Shown piece by piece: positions 1 through 9,212 of a stretch of DNA of 64,000 nucleotides; position 1 is the first letter of the stretch, and every line of letters begins with the position of its first letter. Both the position numbers and the translations under genes were made by a program. The stretch lies in the sequence record NC_028957.1. One strand, 5' to 3'. This stretch comes from Escherichia phage vB_EcoM_VR26. Under the pieces are notes generated by a model. It was not told where the DNA came from. It saw only the letters and a list, made by a program, of their open reading frames with translations, and did no database searches.

Positions 1-2235
1 TTATTCCTTATTGGCCGCTTCCACGGCCTTCATAATTTGAGCAACGTTCTGTACTTGTTCAGTTGACATGGCGTTACGGTTATATAAAAAGTGTGAAACA
101 ATTGGGTGATTCTTTTCAAATTCAAAAACCATTTTATCGCTTGTTACTGAAGCGTTTTTGGTCAGGTCGTCATAAATCTTATTACAAAGGACCAGAGTTT
201 CCTGCATGGTCTTATCAACTGTTCCACTGTTATATGCGTTATAAGCAAAGAACTTATTGAACTGCATTAGTTCGGCATAATCAGTGTTCACATCTTTCTG
301 AACATCTTTTGCATAAAAATACTTGAACATAAAATTCAATTCTGCATATTCAGACAGGATAGGAATATAATAACGCGAACGGCTTGAAGCGGCAATGTAC
401 TGGTCTGCATCAACCAAATCAATCAATTCCACATAACGATTGACTGCAGCTTCAATCAGGCAATCACATTGCGCCAGCTTGGTAACCTTTTTCTGAAGCT
501 GTGGACGAATAACACAGAATTCATTGATTTCCAACAGATTCGCCAGTTTGCACAATGTCTGGGTCCCGAAGTTCGTAACGCCATATTCCTGATTCAACGG
601 GGAAATACTATTGCGGTTAATGAATACAGCATAACCATCGATTTCCTCTGCATCAGCTGCACACGTAAATTCTTCCACAGCCTGCCATCTACCATTAGTT
701 TTAGTCCAACGAATCACGGATGGAGTCTTTGACTTAACACGCTCTTTCGGGTTAGCAACCGGAATCCAGTCTTTTACAAGGGCAGTCAGTTCAGACGTGC
801 GATAGATATTAACTGTATCGCCTTTAAATCGTTCCTGAAGTTGAACCATCAAGCGTGTCTGAATTTCACTGGTCGGGTCAACAAACAATAGACTACTGCC
901 CTGTACTGTTGGAACTTTACCAGATGCTTTGAGCTTTTTGGCTTTCGCACTGGTGTCATACAGCATTGAACTGATGCCCCGAATCATCGCAATTCGCCCT
1001 TTAGCATCGTCAATAACAATGTTCAAGGTATTATTCTGAATACCAAACATGCTCGTCAGACTTGCAGTATTCGTGTTCGAGCTTGAGTTACGCAGACGTT
1101 TCAGACGGGTAGTGGTATAGATATCATAGACAACCCCGGCATTAATCAGGTCTTTGTCCAGCTCGAACATTTCGTACATCTGGTTAAAAGTTAATTGCGA
1201 TTTTGTAAATTTTGTATCAGCATTACGAGCTTTCAAAAAATTACGAGCTTCATAACTCAGACTCTGCAATTCGCGATACGTATGACGAATACATTCTGAT
1301 TCCTGCCATTTCTTACAATCATCTTCCATGACTTTCTTATCAAGGGTTTCAATACGCTCAACGATATTTGCGACCGTACGTTTGTCCAGTGATAATGCTT
1401 CGCGAGAAGGTGCGATATCCAGCGAACCCATCGGGAACTTAATAAAGACGACATCATTTTTGGCAGTCATCCAGGTTTTCTTTGTATAACCATCGGCAAT
1501 CGGATAAACAATGCCACCGTAAATTGCGTAAAGACCATAACGCTCTGGGCTGCTATAATCAATACGCTTTGGAGCATAATAATCATCGAATTCCGGGAAG
1601 TAATTAATTTCGTTAACGCCTTGCACATCAGCCAGACCAGCAAACGGACGCATGATATATGCAATCTCATGACGGAACTTGCCGAAATCATTACTATCGA
1701 CCGGAACAACAACTTCAATCCCTGTACGGTCACCAGGTTTCATTGGTTCGCTGAAGGTTGGCTTAATCTGTGGACCATCACCATCCATATAAGCGACATA
1801 ACCATTAACTTGACCATCATGATATGAAATCAAACTGAAAGTTTCCGTATAACTAAACGGAGATTTAGACCCCAGACCAAAGCCACCGATAAAATCGTTT
1901 GATTCGGCTTTAGATGATGCAAAGAAACTGTTATACAGACCTGGAGTATTTTCATCACCACGAATCTGGAAATCGCTCATACCTGGACCAAAGTCACGAC
2001 ATACAAAACGTGGGTCCAGTTCGCCAGGAGCTTGAACAATGAATTTATCCTGACAACCATTGAGCATATGAGCATCAATCATATTAGTAATCAGCTCACG
2101 AACAACCGCACGCACCTTATTTGTGTAAAGGTCACTGGTCAAAATCTTAAATACTTTTGGTGAGGCCTGGATTGTAAATGCAGATGCCTTTGCGCCATTA
2201 CCAAGGATTGTTTCTTTTTCAGTTTCTAAAATCAT
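1..2235 (-). CDS. rIIA: rIIA protein (N-terminal GHKL/Bergerat-fold ATPase domain)
   Basis: 744-aa ORF; N-terminus MILETEKETILGNG matches recalled T4 rIIA; GHKL-like motifs ELITNMIDAH, GFGLGSKS; lies next to topoisomerase gene as in T4. Confidence 0.88.
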   Translation of the reverse strand: MILETEKETILGNGAKASAFTIQASPKVFKILTSDLYTNKVRAVVRELITNMIDAHMLNGCQDKFIVQAPGELDPRFVCRDFGPGMSDFQIRGDENTPGLYNSFFASSKAESNDFIGGFGLGSKSPFSYTETFSLISYHDGQVNGYVAYMDGDGPQIKPTFSEPMKPGDRTGIEVVVPVDSNDFGKFRHEIAYIMRPFAGLADVQGVNEINYFPEFDDYYAPKRIDYSSPERYGLYAIYGGIVYPIADGYTKKTWMTAKNDVVFIKFPMGSLDIAPSREALSLDKRTVANIVERIETLDKKVMEDDCKKWQESECIRHTYRELQSLSYEARNFLKARNADTKFTKSQLTFNQMYEMFELDKDLINAGVVYDIYTTTRLKRLRNSSSNTNTASLTSMFGIQNNTLNIVIDDAKGRIAMIRGISSMLYDTSAKAKKLKASGKVPTVQGSSLLFVDPTSEIQTRLMVQLQERFKGDTVNIYRTSELTALVKDWIPVANPKERVKSKTPSVIRWTKTNGRWQAVEEFTCAADAEEIDGYAVFINRNSISPLNQEYGVTNFGTQTLCKLANLLEINEFCVIRPQLQKKVTKLAQCDCLIEAAVNRYVELIDLVDADQYIAASSRSRYYIPILSEYAELNFMFKYFYAKDVQKDVNTDYAELMQFNKFFAYNAYNSGTVDKTMQETLVLCNKIYDDLTKNASVTSDKMVFEFEKNHPIVSHFLYNRNAMSTEQVQNVAQIMKAVEAANKE

Positions 2236-2242
2236 GTTTTTC

Positions 2243-2446
2243 TCACTTTATATTACGTTTGAATAAGTCTGCAACTTCAAGAAGTTCATCCTTTGTTGCG
2301 GTGTCTGAAGCTATTTTAATACGGATTTCTTTGAAGCGTTCTTTAAACTCTTCCGCTTCTCTTATATCAAAAAACCGTTGGATAACACGGTATTCTTTAT
2401 GAACGACCTTGTCAAACAGCTCCAGATTCACTTTGAAGTTTGTCAT
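2243..2446 (-). CDS. hypothetical small protein (rIIA.1 position)
   Basis: ATG at 2444-2446 with GGAGA SD upstream; track start at 2452 is a TTG. Confidence 0.45.
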   Translation of the reverse strand: MTNFKVNLELFDKVVHKEYRVIQRFFDIREAEEFKERFKEIRIKIASDTATKDELLEVADLFKRNIK

Positions 2447-2711
2447 TTCCAATCTCCTGCAATATTTTTCTCATACTACGCATGGTAGCTTTATGTTCTT
2501 GGTCATGGTATATCAATGCAAGGAGTGCTTCAATTCGCTCCTCTGGGACCTTCTGACCATCCTTTATGCTCATGGCTGATGTTCTTACAGCCAACAAGTA
2601 ACTTCGCTTCCTGTCGCTATCTGGGAGCTCCTGTACCTTACGAAGACCAGCTTCCATAATGCATCGCGCGACATTCTGCAGATTAACTAAACTTCCGTCA
2701 GACATAATCAT
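2412..2711 (-). CDS. hypothetical protein
   Basis: 99-aa ORF; GAGGTGA SD 5 nt upstream of ATG at 2711; preceded by terminator and TGTACA promoter. Confidence 0.5.
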   Translation of the reverse strand: MIMSDGSLVNLQNVARCIMEAGLRKVQELPDSDRKRSYLLAVRTSAMSIKDGQKVPEERIEALLALIYHDQEHKATMRSMRKILQEIGNDKLQSESGAV

Positions 2712-2728
2712 ATTTTCACCTCAAGGAC

Positions 2729-2757
2729 ATCTTAACACAATTTTTGTGGCTTGTACA
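2729..2757 (-). promoter_or_regulatory. early promoter (TGTACA -35-like, 17 nt, TAAGAT -10)
   Basis: Same element pair recurs at 12359..12387. Confidence 0.45.
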
Positions 2758-2761
2758 TAAT

Positions 2762-2784
2762 AAAAAAGGACCCGAAGGTCCTTT
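2762..2784 (-). terminator. rho-independent terminator (UUCG tetraloop)
   Basis: aggacc-cgaa-ggtcct hairpin flanked by A-run on plus strand, giving a U-tract on the minus-strand transcript. Confidence 0.55.
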
Positions 2785-2981
2785 GGTTACTCAACTTTAT
2801 AGACTTGCCCATACGCGGTATAGTATTCACCATCCCAGGTCTCACACATAATGGTGACAAAGGATGCAAACAAGGGTTTAGTATCGGCCCACAGATAACC
2901 GTATTCGCCATTTGACAACGTAACCCACCACTTTTTCATGGACTTCTCCTATAAGACGGGAGAATATTCTCCCACATCTAT

Positions 2982-4820
2982 TTATAGCGTCGCATTCATC
3001 CAATCTTTACGTGGTTTTGATTCTTTACCGAAAAGCATTTCAAACAGGTCTTTCCAGTTTTCAGGTAATTGAACAACTTCGAATACCGGTTCGAGTAATA
3101 CTCGTTTGTACTCGGAATCTTCCAGAGAACCCAGCCCCTTGATATATCTGATGGTATGCTTCGGAAGTTTATCCTTAGCTTCTTCATAATCGGGAAGAGA
3201 ATAGAACCATTCTTGTTTATCTTTGAGCTGTGCAATAATAACAGGAGTTTTCACAAAGCGAATACGTCCTTCATGGAACAGCTCCGGCCAGTTACTGAAA
3301 AATGCCAATAACGATGGATAGATACTACCGACACCATCCACATCCGCATCTGTCATGATAGCGATATTTCGGTAATTCATATTCTCGGCTGGTTGTCCAA
3401 TCGTTAATCCAGTAATCGCACACACATCAAAGGCTTCTGCGTTTTTCATAACTTCAACAGCTTTCAGACCCCATGTGTTTTTGAACTTACCGCGCAACGG
3501 ATAAGCGCCTTGCAATTCACGGTCACGAACCTTGATAAACGGACCCGTTGCAGAATCCCCTTCGGTCAGGAACAAAGTCGTTTCCAGCTTGTCATTGCCC
3601 CATTCGTTGGCCTTGATATGTTTCTGTACCTTGGCCTTTGAAGCTTTCTTATTCGCCTTAGTCTCTGCTGCTTTCTCTGCAGCCAATTTACGAGCCAATG
3701 CAGCTTCAATAATGGGCATCAGAATAGCTTCTGATTTTAACAACGAACCCGCCAACTTTTTGCCATCAACCTGGATATGTGATTTAATTTCGCCAGCCGG
3801 AGAAGTCAATCGTTCCTTGGTCTGGGAATCAAATCGCATATTTTTCATATTGCGAATAAACATCAACAACGTAATACATTCTTTAACGCGTGCTTTGGTT
3901 ACTTCAATTTTATACTTGCGTTTAATTGCTGGGATTAATACATCACACATTTCATCCATAACACATTCAATATGGTGACCACCATTTTTTGTGTGGATGT
4001 TGTTGACGTAAGTCAGATGTCTAAATCCATCAGGTGACCGACCGAGTGCAATTGAGCAATTATCTTGTTCCTGGATAATGATTTCATCATCATATTGTTT
4101 AGCAAACTTTTTAAACTGACCTTGTACCTTTTTACCATTGAATTTGAATTCAATATCAGGATAAACAACAGCAAGAGTCTGCAGACGGTCAAGAGTAATA
4201 TCCAGATAAATTTTATCAAAACTGTTCATTTCAAAATGGCTAAAGTCTGGAATAAACTCAACCTTGGTGCCATTGGATTTGGTCGGTTTGGTTTTCCATG
4301 ATACATTATCGGCGTTATTTGAACAACTTACACGAAGCTCATTTTTACCGTCAGATGTGGTCCCCGTAAAAAGGATTGAAAAAATATTAGTAAGACTTGA
4401 ACCCACACCATTTTGGCCACCGGTCACACGTTCTTTGTCATCACCGAAATTCCCGCCCGCTTTGGTTTTCGTCCATGCCGCTACGGGCCCAGGTAATTCT
4501 TCACCTTCTGGTGTTACGACAACAGCTTGTGGAATACCGCGGCCATTATCTTCAACAGTAACTTTGCTATCAGTCAGAGAAATATCAACAGAAATTTTAT
4601 TTGCAAATTTGAAATTTGTACGTATGGCTTCATCGACCGAGTTGTCAATAATCTCATCAATCAGTTTTAATACACCCGCCACATAAGATACTTTAGTATA
4701 TTCACCAAATAAAAATCTTTCGTATTCTTCATATGAAACACTTCCTATGTACATTCCCGGACGTTTCAAACAATGGTCTTTATCTGAAAGCAGTTCAATT
4801 TTATTTTCAATCATAATCAA
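2982..4820 (-). CDS. 39: DNA topoisomerase II large subunit (GyrB-like ATPase + Toprim), uninterrupted 39/60 form
   Basis: 612 aa; GHKL motifs IDNSVDE and VEDNGRGIP; Toprim motif LTEGDSA; no gene-60-type interruption. Confidence 0.9.
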   Translation of the reverse strand: MIMIENKIELLSDKDHCLKRPGMYIGSVSYEEYERFLFGEYTKVSYVAGVLKLIDEIIDNSVDEAIRTNFKFANKISVDISLTDSKVTVEDNGRGIPQAVVVTPEGEELPGPVAAWTKTKAGGNFGDDKERVTGGQNGVGSSLTNIFSILFTGTTSDGKNELRVSCSNNADNVSWKTKPTKSNGTKVEFIPDFSHFEMNSFDKIYLDITLDRLQTLAVVYPDIEFKFNGKKVQGQFKKFAKQYDDEIIIQEQDNCSIALGRSPDGFRHLTYVNNIHTKNGGHHIECVMDEMCDVLIPAIKRKYKIEVTKARVKECITLLMFIRNMKNMRFDSQTKERLTSPAGEIKSHIQVDGKKLAGSLLKSEAILMPIIEAALARKLAAEKAAETKANKKASKAKVQKHIKANEWGNDKLETTLFLTEGDSATGPFIKVRDRELQGAYPLRGKFKNTWGLKAVEVMKNAEAFDVCAITGLTIGQPAENMNYRNIAIMTDADVDGVGSIYPSLLAFFSNWPELFHEGRIRFVKTPVIIAQLKDKQEWFYSLPDYEEAKDKLPKHTIRYIKGLGSLEDSEYKRVLLEPVFEVVQLPENWKDLFEMLFGKESKPRKDWMNATL

Positions 4821-5579
4821 TTATTCCTTACTTTGTTTCAAGTATTCTATCGCAGTTTCTAATGAAGCAATATTGTCTTTAAACATTCCTAGTCCTATGT
4901 TGCATTTTGAACATAAAATACCTCGGACTTTACCAGTCGAGTGACAATGGTCTACATTGAACCAAGTGCTTTTTGATAAAGAAGTCGAATTGTTTGTTAG
5001 TTTTATTTTACAAATTTCGCAGTATGGTGTATCCTCAATTAACTTCAGAACATCCCGTCTTTTCATCTTTATAGAATGACTGTATGATAAGTCCAGCAAT
5101 TTGGTATCCCTTGCCTTTTGACAACAAGAATCCGAACAATATTTTTGAGTCCTATTTGTTGCAGTATACTCAATAGCACACACAGGACAAATACGCTCTT
5201 CCTTGAATATTCCACCACCCTGGCATTTAACTGAACAAAATTCATGGTAACCGGTCGCGAATGTATGATAATTAACAGGCTTACCACACTTACACAGGAC
5301 TTTCCCTTTTATATCATGTAAAATACGATAACAGACCTCGTTATACGGATGTTGTTCTCTTTTACCTCCCTGACATTCCAGTGCTTCTGCTCTAAAGGCA
5401 TTTGCTTCCTCAGGATGTTTTTCCCAAAATTTCTTTGCAAATTCTAAATCATTTTTAAATAAATTTCCGTTTAGTCTATTCGGATTTTTAGTTAAAAGAT
5501 TTTCTTCAATAAATTGTTTTAAGTTCATGGAGGTATTATAAGTCACATATTTTAAAGCAAAAAGGCCCGAAGGCCTCAT
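4821..5579 (-). CDS. Cys-rich zinc-finger protein with C-terminal endonuclease VII-like nuclease motif
   Basis: C-terminal VDHCHSTGKVRGILCSKCNIGLG parallels gp49 motif DHDHELNGPKAGKVRGLLCNLCNG; several CxxC pairs; AT-rich; start ambiguous (ATGA-coupled ATG at 5579 inside hairpin, or ATG at 5528). Confidence 0.6.
   Translation of the reverse strand: MRPSGLFALKYVTYNTSMNLKQFIEENLLTKNPNRLNGNLFKNDLEFAKKFWEKHPEEANAFRAEALECQGGKREQHPYNEVCYRILHDIKGKVLCKCGKPVNYHTFATGYHEFCSVKCQGGGIFKEERICPVCAIEYTATNRTQKYCSDSCCQKARDTKLLDLSYSHSIKMKRRDVLKLIEDTPYCEICKIKLTNNSTSLSKSTWFNVDHCHSTGKVRGILCSKCNIGLGMFKDNIASLETAIEYLKQSKE
5556..5577 (-). terminator. rho-independent terminator-like hairpin (UUCG tetraloop)
   Basis: aggcc-cgaa-ggcct with adjacent A-run; overlaps stop of 5576..5836 and first codons of 4821..5579. 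Confidence 0.45.
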
Positions 5580-5836
5580 TCAAATCGGATGGTTGAATTC
5601 TTGAACAACAATCCAGAACAAACAGTTCCTTCAACTTTCTTACCAGTTGGACCCACTGCTATAAAACCAGTATGCTGGAAATCATCTTTGGAGCATCCAA
5701 ACCAGTTATATCCGGTGATTTGGATTTGCTCATTGCCGTTTGCATCTAATACACGAACGGCATTATCTGCGTCAGTACAACCAGCCAATGAAACAGCCAA
5801 AACCAGCGCGGCAATAGAACGATTAATATATTTCAT
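5576..5836 (-). CDS. small lipoprotein
   Basis: 86 aa; signal peptide with lipobox LAGC; stop overlaps next start (ATGA). Confidence 0.6.
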   Translation of the reverse strand: MKYINRSIAALVLAVSLAGCTDADNAVRVLDANGNEQIQITGYNWFGCSKDDFQHTGFIAVGPTGKKVEGTVCSGLLFKNSTIRFE

Positions 5837-6023
5837 ATTTCCTCATTTAAGCAGGTCGTAAAACCCGCCATTAACATGTTTAGGGGCCGAGACTAGCCGA
5901 ACAGCCAGCCGATGGCAATCAGGGCAAACATCATTATCTCTTTCAGAGATTTTCTTGATTTTTTCGTATTCTTTTGCGCAGTCTTTGGATTGACATTTGT
6001 AATCATAAAGTGGCATCTCTAAA

Positions 6024-6383
6024 TTATTCCTTAAAGTGTGCTTTCAACATCTGGAAAACTGACCAGGCTTCTTCATTATTACTAATGGTGATTTTAGTCA
6101 ATGGGAATGCAGTGATTTCTGGAGCTTCAGTTTCTTCATCGCCGTCATCTTTTTCTTCTTCAAAGAAATGGAATTCCTCTTCTGTTATGAATAGACTCTC
6201 CATCCCGCCGGTTGACAATTCTATTTTATACACATCGCCACCTTCAATTTTGACTGGTCTAAACCCTTCGCCATTGATTATAGCATCAGCTATATTATCA
6301 TTATCCGTGCATAACAAACGGAATCTACTTTCAGAAGCATTGTCTTTAAAATAATACCATTTATCAGTTTCAAATTTAGACAT
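6024..6383 (-). CDS. hypothetical acidic protein
   Basis: ATG at 6381-6383 (MSKFETDKW) with AAGGAG SD; track start further upstream is an over-extension. Confidence 0.45.
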   Translation of the reverse strand: MSKFETDKWYYFKDNASESRFRLLCTDNDNIADAIINGEGFRPVKIEGGDVYKIELSTGGMESLFITEEEFHFFEEEKDDGDEETEAPEITAFPLTKITISNNEEAWSVFQMLKAHFKE

Positions 6384-6600
6384 TATAAGTCTCCTTCCAA
6401 AAATCTGTACCATCTTCTGACTCTTCGCGGAACAAAGCATAGCTTGGTAGCTGTGCGTCTTTATTTTCATACACATAAATGATATCAGTTGTGCAAAGAA
6501 ACTCATTGATGTTTTTCTTAACAATCACTTTATCACTTTCAGCGGTGTCCCAAAACTCTTCAGCAGTCAGGGAAGTGGTCACACAATCTTCATTGAACAT
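6376..6600 (-). CDS. hypothetical protein
   Basis: 74-aa ORF with ATG start; promoter-like leader with inverted repeat upstream. Confidence 0.45.
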   Translation of the reverse strand: MFNEDCVTTSLTAEEFWDTAESDKVIVKKNINEFLCTTDIIYVYENKDAQLPSYALFREESEDGTDFWKETYNV

Positions 6601-6650
6601 AATATTCTCCTCATTGATAGGGCAAAATTACCCTATCATTATTTTATAAT

Positions 6651-7142
6651 TTAAGCAAAATGAATATCAGCATACTCAACGATAAAGCTTTCAGGAATTA
6701 CCTTAAAGGTACCAAGGAACACAATATTATACAGTTTAACCCCCTCTTCAACCCATTGGTCTGTGATATAACCAGACATACTAGTGGTTTCATAAGTCGG
6801 ACCATACTTGCAAATGTATTCAAATGGCTTAGGCGAAACAAAAAAGACACCTTTACCTAATTTCCATTTAAAATCAACCCCAACATGAGACTGGTCAATG
6901 GTTTCAACTTCTTCAACTACAGGAGCAATGTATCCAGTGAATTCAGTTGATTCCAGGAATTTAGGATGCACGTAAGCGAATTGAGTTTCAGTCTGACCAT
7001 TTTTAGGAATGATGCGCACTTTAACTTCTTTAATTCCGCCTACTAAATTAGTACGAATACCGACAACCTCAACAAAACGTCCAGCAGCTCTTGAACGAGA
7101 TTTTTTGGATACACGAACGATTTCGCCAGCTTCAACTTTCAT
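6651..7142 (-). CDS. MotB-like protein (by size and position)
   Basis: 163 aa; perfect TATAAT and TGTACA promoter upstream; C-terminal domain paralogous to 7220..7972. Confidence 0.45.
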   Translation of the reverse strand: MKVEAGEIVRVSKKSRSRAAGRFVEVVGIRTNLVGGIKEVKVRIIPKNGQTETQFAYVHPKFLESTEFTGYIAPVVEEVETIDQSHVGVDFKWKLGKGVFFVSPKPFEYICKYGPTYETTSMSGYITDQWVEEGVKLYNIVFLGTFKVIPESFIVEYADIHFA

Positions 7143-7184
7143 AATTTTCTCTCTTGGTTAATAAGTTTATTCTCCAGTGGGACC

Positions 7185-7213
7185 ATTATACTCTGGCCCC
7201 AAGAGTTTGTACA
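7185..7213 (-). promoter_or_regulatory. early promoter (TGTACA, 17 nt, TATAAT)
   Basis: Perfect TATAAT at 7185-7190; GTGTACA at 7208-7213; upstream of 6651..7142. Confidence 0.55.
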
Positions 7214-7219
7214 CTAAAC

Positions 7220-7972
7220 TTAATTAAAAATTTCAACAGCCATGGAACGCGGGACAACAGTAAATTCACCAGCATGGACGACGTTCAGGAGTTCAACACC
7301 ATCTTCAATCCACTGGTCTGTTACCCAACCACAAATGGAACTATTAAATGGACGTTTGATTTGAACTGGTTTGCACAGCAAGTCAACAGGGTCACCCAGT
7401 TCGCTAACTTCTTTCAACAGTACAGATTCACGCGGGTAAAGGATAGCTTCAAGATGCTCGTCTGATTCATTGACTGCAGTAAATTCAAAGATGTTTAAGT
7501 GAGTGCTGTACTTAACTGTTTTTACAGTAAATGGAGCAAAGCCAAAAATACCTTTCAGCACCCGCCAACCGGCATTCAATGCATTAGTATTATCAAAATC
7601 ACCATATCCAACAAGTTGATAGGTTTTGTCAACTTTGATAGGAGCTTCTTCAACTTCTTTGAAGAGCTCAATCTCAGCTTCATAAACCATAATTTTTTCT
7701 ACTTCATTAGTATCCAGGCGGCGGGCATGCAAAATATATGCTTTATCAAACCAGTTACTTTTTACAAAAGTTTCAACAACAAATTCGCCTTCACCTAAAG
7801 CATCAGTCAGAGTATTATACCCAGAAATCATAGCTGCGTTTTGAATAATAGGTTCAATCAGACGATAAGTTTTGTTAGTTTCGATAGTCATATTTTGTTT
7901 CTCAAGTTTTAATTGTTTAATTGGGCGAACATACATGCTTGTGATATCAAAGTCAATAATTTCTGGTTTCAT
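7220..7972 (-). CDS. hypothetical protein with MotB-like C-terminal domain
   Basis: 250 aa; C-terminus GWVTDQWIEDGVELLNVVHAGEFTVVP aligns with GYITDQWVEEGVKLYNIVFLGTFKVIP of 6651..7142. Confidence 0.5.
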   Translation of the reverse strand: MKPEIIDFDITSMYVRPIKQLKLEKQNMTIETNKTYRLIEPIIQNAAMISGYNTLTDALGEGEFVVETFVKSNWFDKAYILHARRLDTNEVEKIMVYEAEIELFKEVEEAPIKVDKTYQLVGYGDFDNTNALNAGWRVLKGIFGFAPFTVKTVKYSTHLNIFEFTAVNESDEHLEAILYPRESVLLKEVSELGDPVDLLCKPVQIKRPFNSSICGWVTDQWIEDGVELLNVVHAGEFTVVPRSMAVEIFN

Positions 7973-8229
7973 TATGCCACCTCGTTGAACATCGCCAGTT
8001 GATTGGGTTGTACAACCATAATTTCACGACGACCTTTTGCGTTTGACACGTTCAGGTAGATGCCTTTGTTCATGTCTGTTTCTTTATCATATACTGCAAC
8101 TTTATTGACAGTAAAGATTTTACCACGAATATTTGTAAATGCACATTCAAACGCTTTGGTCAGACCTGCTTCAGCAGCTTGAATAGCAGACATTTCATAT
8201 TGTTGGCCAATTTTAAAAGAAGTAATCAT
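7972..8229 (-). CDS. hypothetical protein
   Basis: True ATG at 8227-8229 (MITSFKIG) after GAGGAAA SD; track N-terminal extension is translated leader. Confidence 0.5.
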   Translation of the reverse strand: MITSFKIGQQYEMSAIQAAEAGLTKAFECAFTNIRGKIFTVNKVAVYDKETDMNKGIYLNVSNAKGRREIMVVQPNQLAMFNEVA

Positions 8230-8260
8230 TTTGTTTTCCTCATCAGTAGTTGATGAGATG

Positions 8261-8289
8261 ATTATGTCTCTTTCCATTGGCCTTGTACA
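8261..8289 (-). promoter_or_regulatory. early promoter (TGTACA, 17 nt, CATAAT) with ATCAACTACTGATGAGG leader
   Basis: Leader motif 8239-8258 precedes true ATG at 8227-8229. Confidence 0.5.
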
Positions 8290-8296
8290 CTACTTT

Positions 8297-8980
8297 TTAT
8301 CGTTTTTTCGGTAAAGATAACGGGTCTGCATCTTCTTCGGCAGGAACTTCATCTAAACCAAGAGCATAGCGCTGGGCGTACTTCAACATAAGAATATCTT
8401 TCGCACAATCATGCACACTATCGTGCGCTACAAATCCACCCAAAGTCCCCTTCGGTAACGGAGTTTCACACATCTTACGGACGAGTGACAGTGCTTCGAT
8501 TGCTGTTCGGATATCTCGCTGGTTCCAGAATACAACCGGTTCCAGGTCATAGGTATTCAATTCACGCTCAGGGATACCCTCATTACGCTGCAGGTCGCGA
8601 ATAAGGTCGACAAACAACGGGAAGTCAAAAGACATTCCACGACACCACATAAGGCTTTCGTATTTGTTAATTCCATTACCCTTCAGATAATCAATCGCTT
8701 GTTGGATGCCAGTCAGGGTATCGACATCATTTGCAGTTGGCGCCAGGTTAACACGAGCTTCTGGAGATTGTTTTTTCCACCAACCCATGGTTGTTGTGTC
8801 AAACAGACGTTTACCTTTCTGGTATTCTAGGCTGAACTTAATGCGTTTACCGCGATTAACCAGGGTTTCGAATGATTCCACAATAGCAGGGTCAGATTCA
8901 AATGTAATCAGAGCCAGGTCAATAACGGCTCCCTTCGAGCCGTTTCCCAGAGTTTCAAAGTCAATAATAGCATCAATCAT
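8297..8980 (-). CDS. dexA: exonuclease A (DnaQ-like 3'-5' exonuclease)
   Basis: 227 aa; N-terminal IIDFETLG exonuclease motif; size and position match T4 DexA. Confidence 0.82.
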   Translation of the reverse strand: MIDAIIDFETLGNGSKGAVIDLALITFESDPAIVESFETLVNRGKRIKFSLEYQKGKRLFDTTTMGWWKKQSPEARVNLAPTANDVDTLTGIQQAIDYLKGNGINKYESLMWCRGMSFDFPLFVDLIRDLQRNEGIPERELNTYDLEPVVFWNQRDIRTAIEALSLVRKMCETPLPKGTLGGFVAHDSVHDCAKDILMLKYAQRYALGLDEVPAEEDADPLSLPKKR

Positions 8981-9212
8981 CGCACATCTCTTTTAATTTC
9001 TGAATTTCACCAGCAACATAGTCAGAGATAAAAATCCCGGGCTCTTCATTGTTAAAATATTCAATCGCAGCCATACGTTTCTGGATAAGACTCAGTTCCA
9101 GTAAAACGTAATTGCCCTGTTGGACGATAGTCGGATTATCTTCGTAAAATTCAACGGCATCATGAATACCGTAGATAAGATTATCTAAATCTTCTTTATA
9201 TACCTTATACAT
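8973..9212 (-). CDS. hypothetical protein
   Basis: 79-aa ORF overlapping neighbouring genes by 8 nt on each side. Confidence 0.45.
   Translation of the reverse strand: MYKVYKEDLDNLIYGIHDAVEFYEDNPTIVQQGNYVLLELSLIQKRMAAIEYFNNEEPGIFISDYVAGEIQKLKEMCDD

Noticed and set aside
2982-4820. Possible split topoisomerase with gene-60-type translational bypass
   Set aside because: The ORF is continuous across both the ATPase and Toprim parts; no stop codon or hop-like gap is present.
7972-8277. N-terminal extensions in the ORF track such as MERDIIISSTTDEENK, MFLSTTDEDNK and the IIPSTTEENT run of 50483..50767
   Set aside because: These residues are the in-frame translation of the conserved promoter/leader cassette; a proper ATG with SD lies downstream, so the extensions are not coding.
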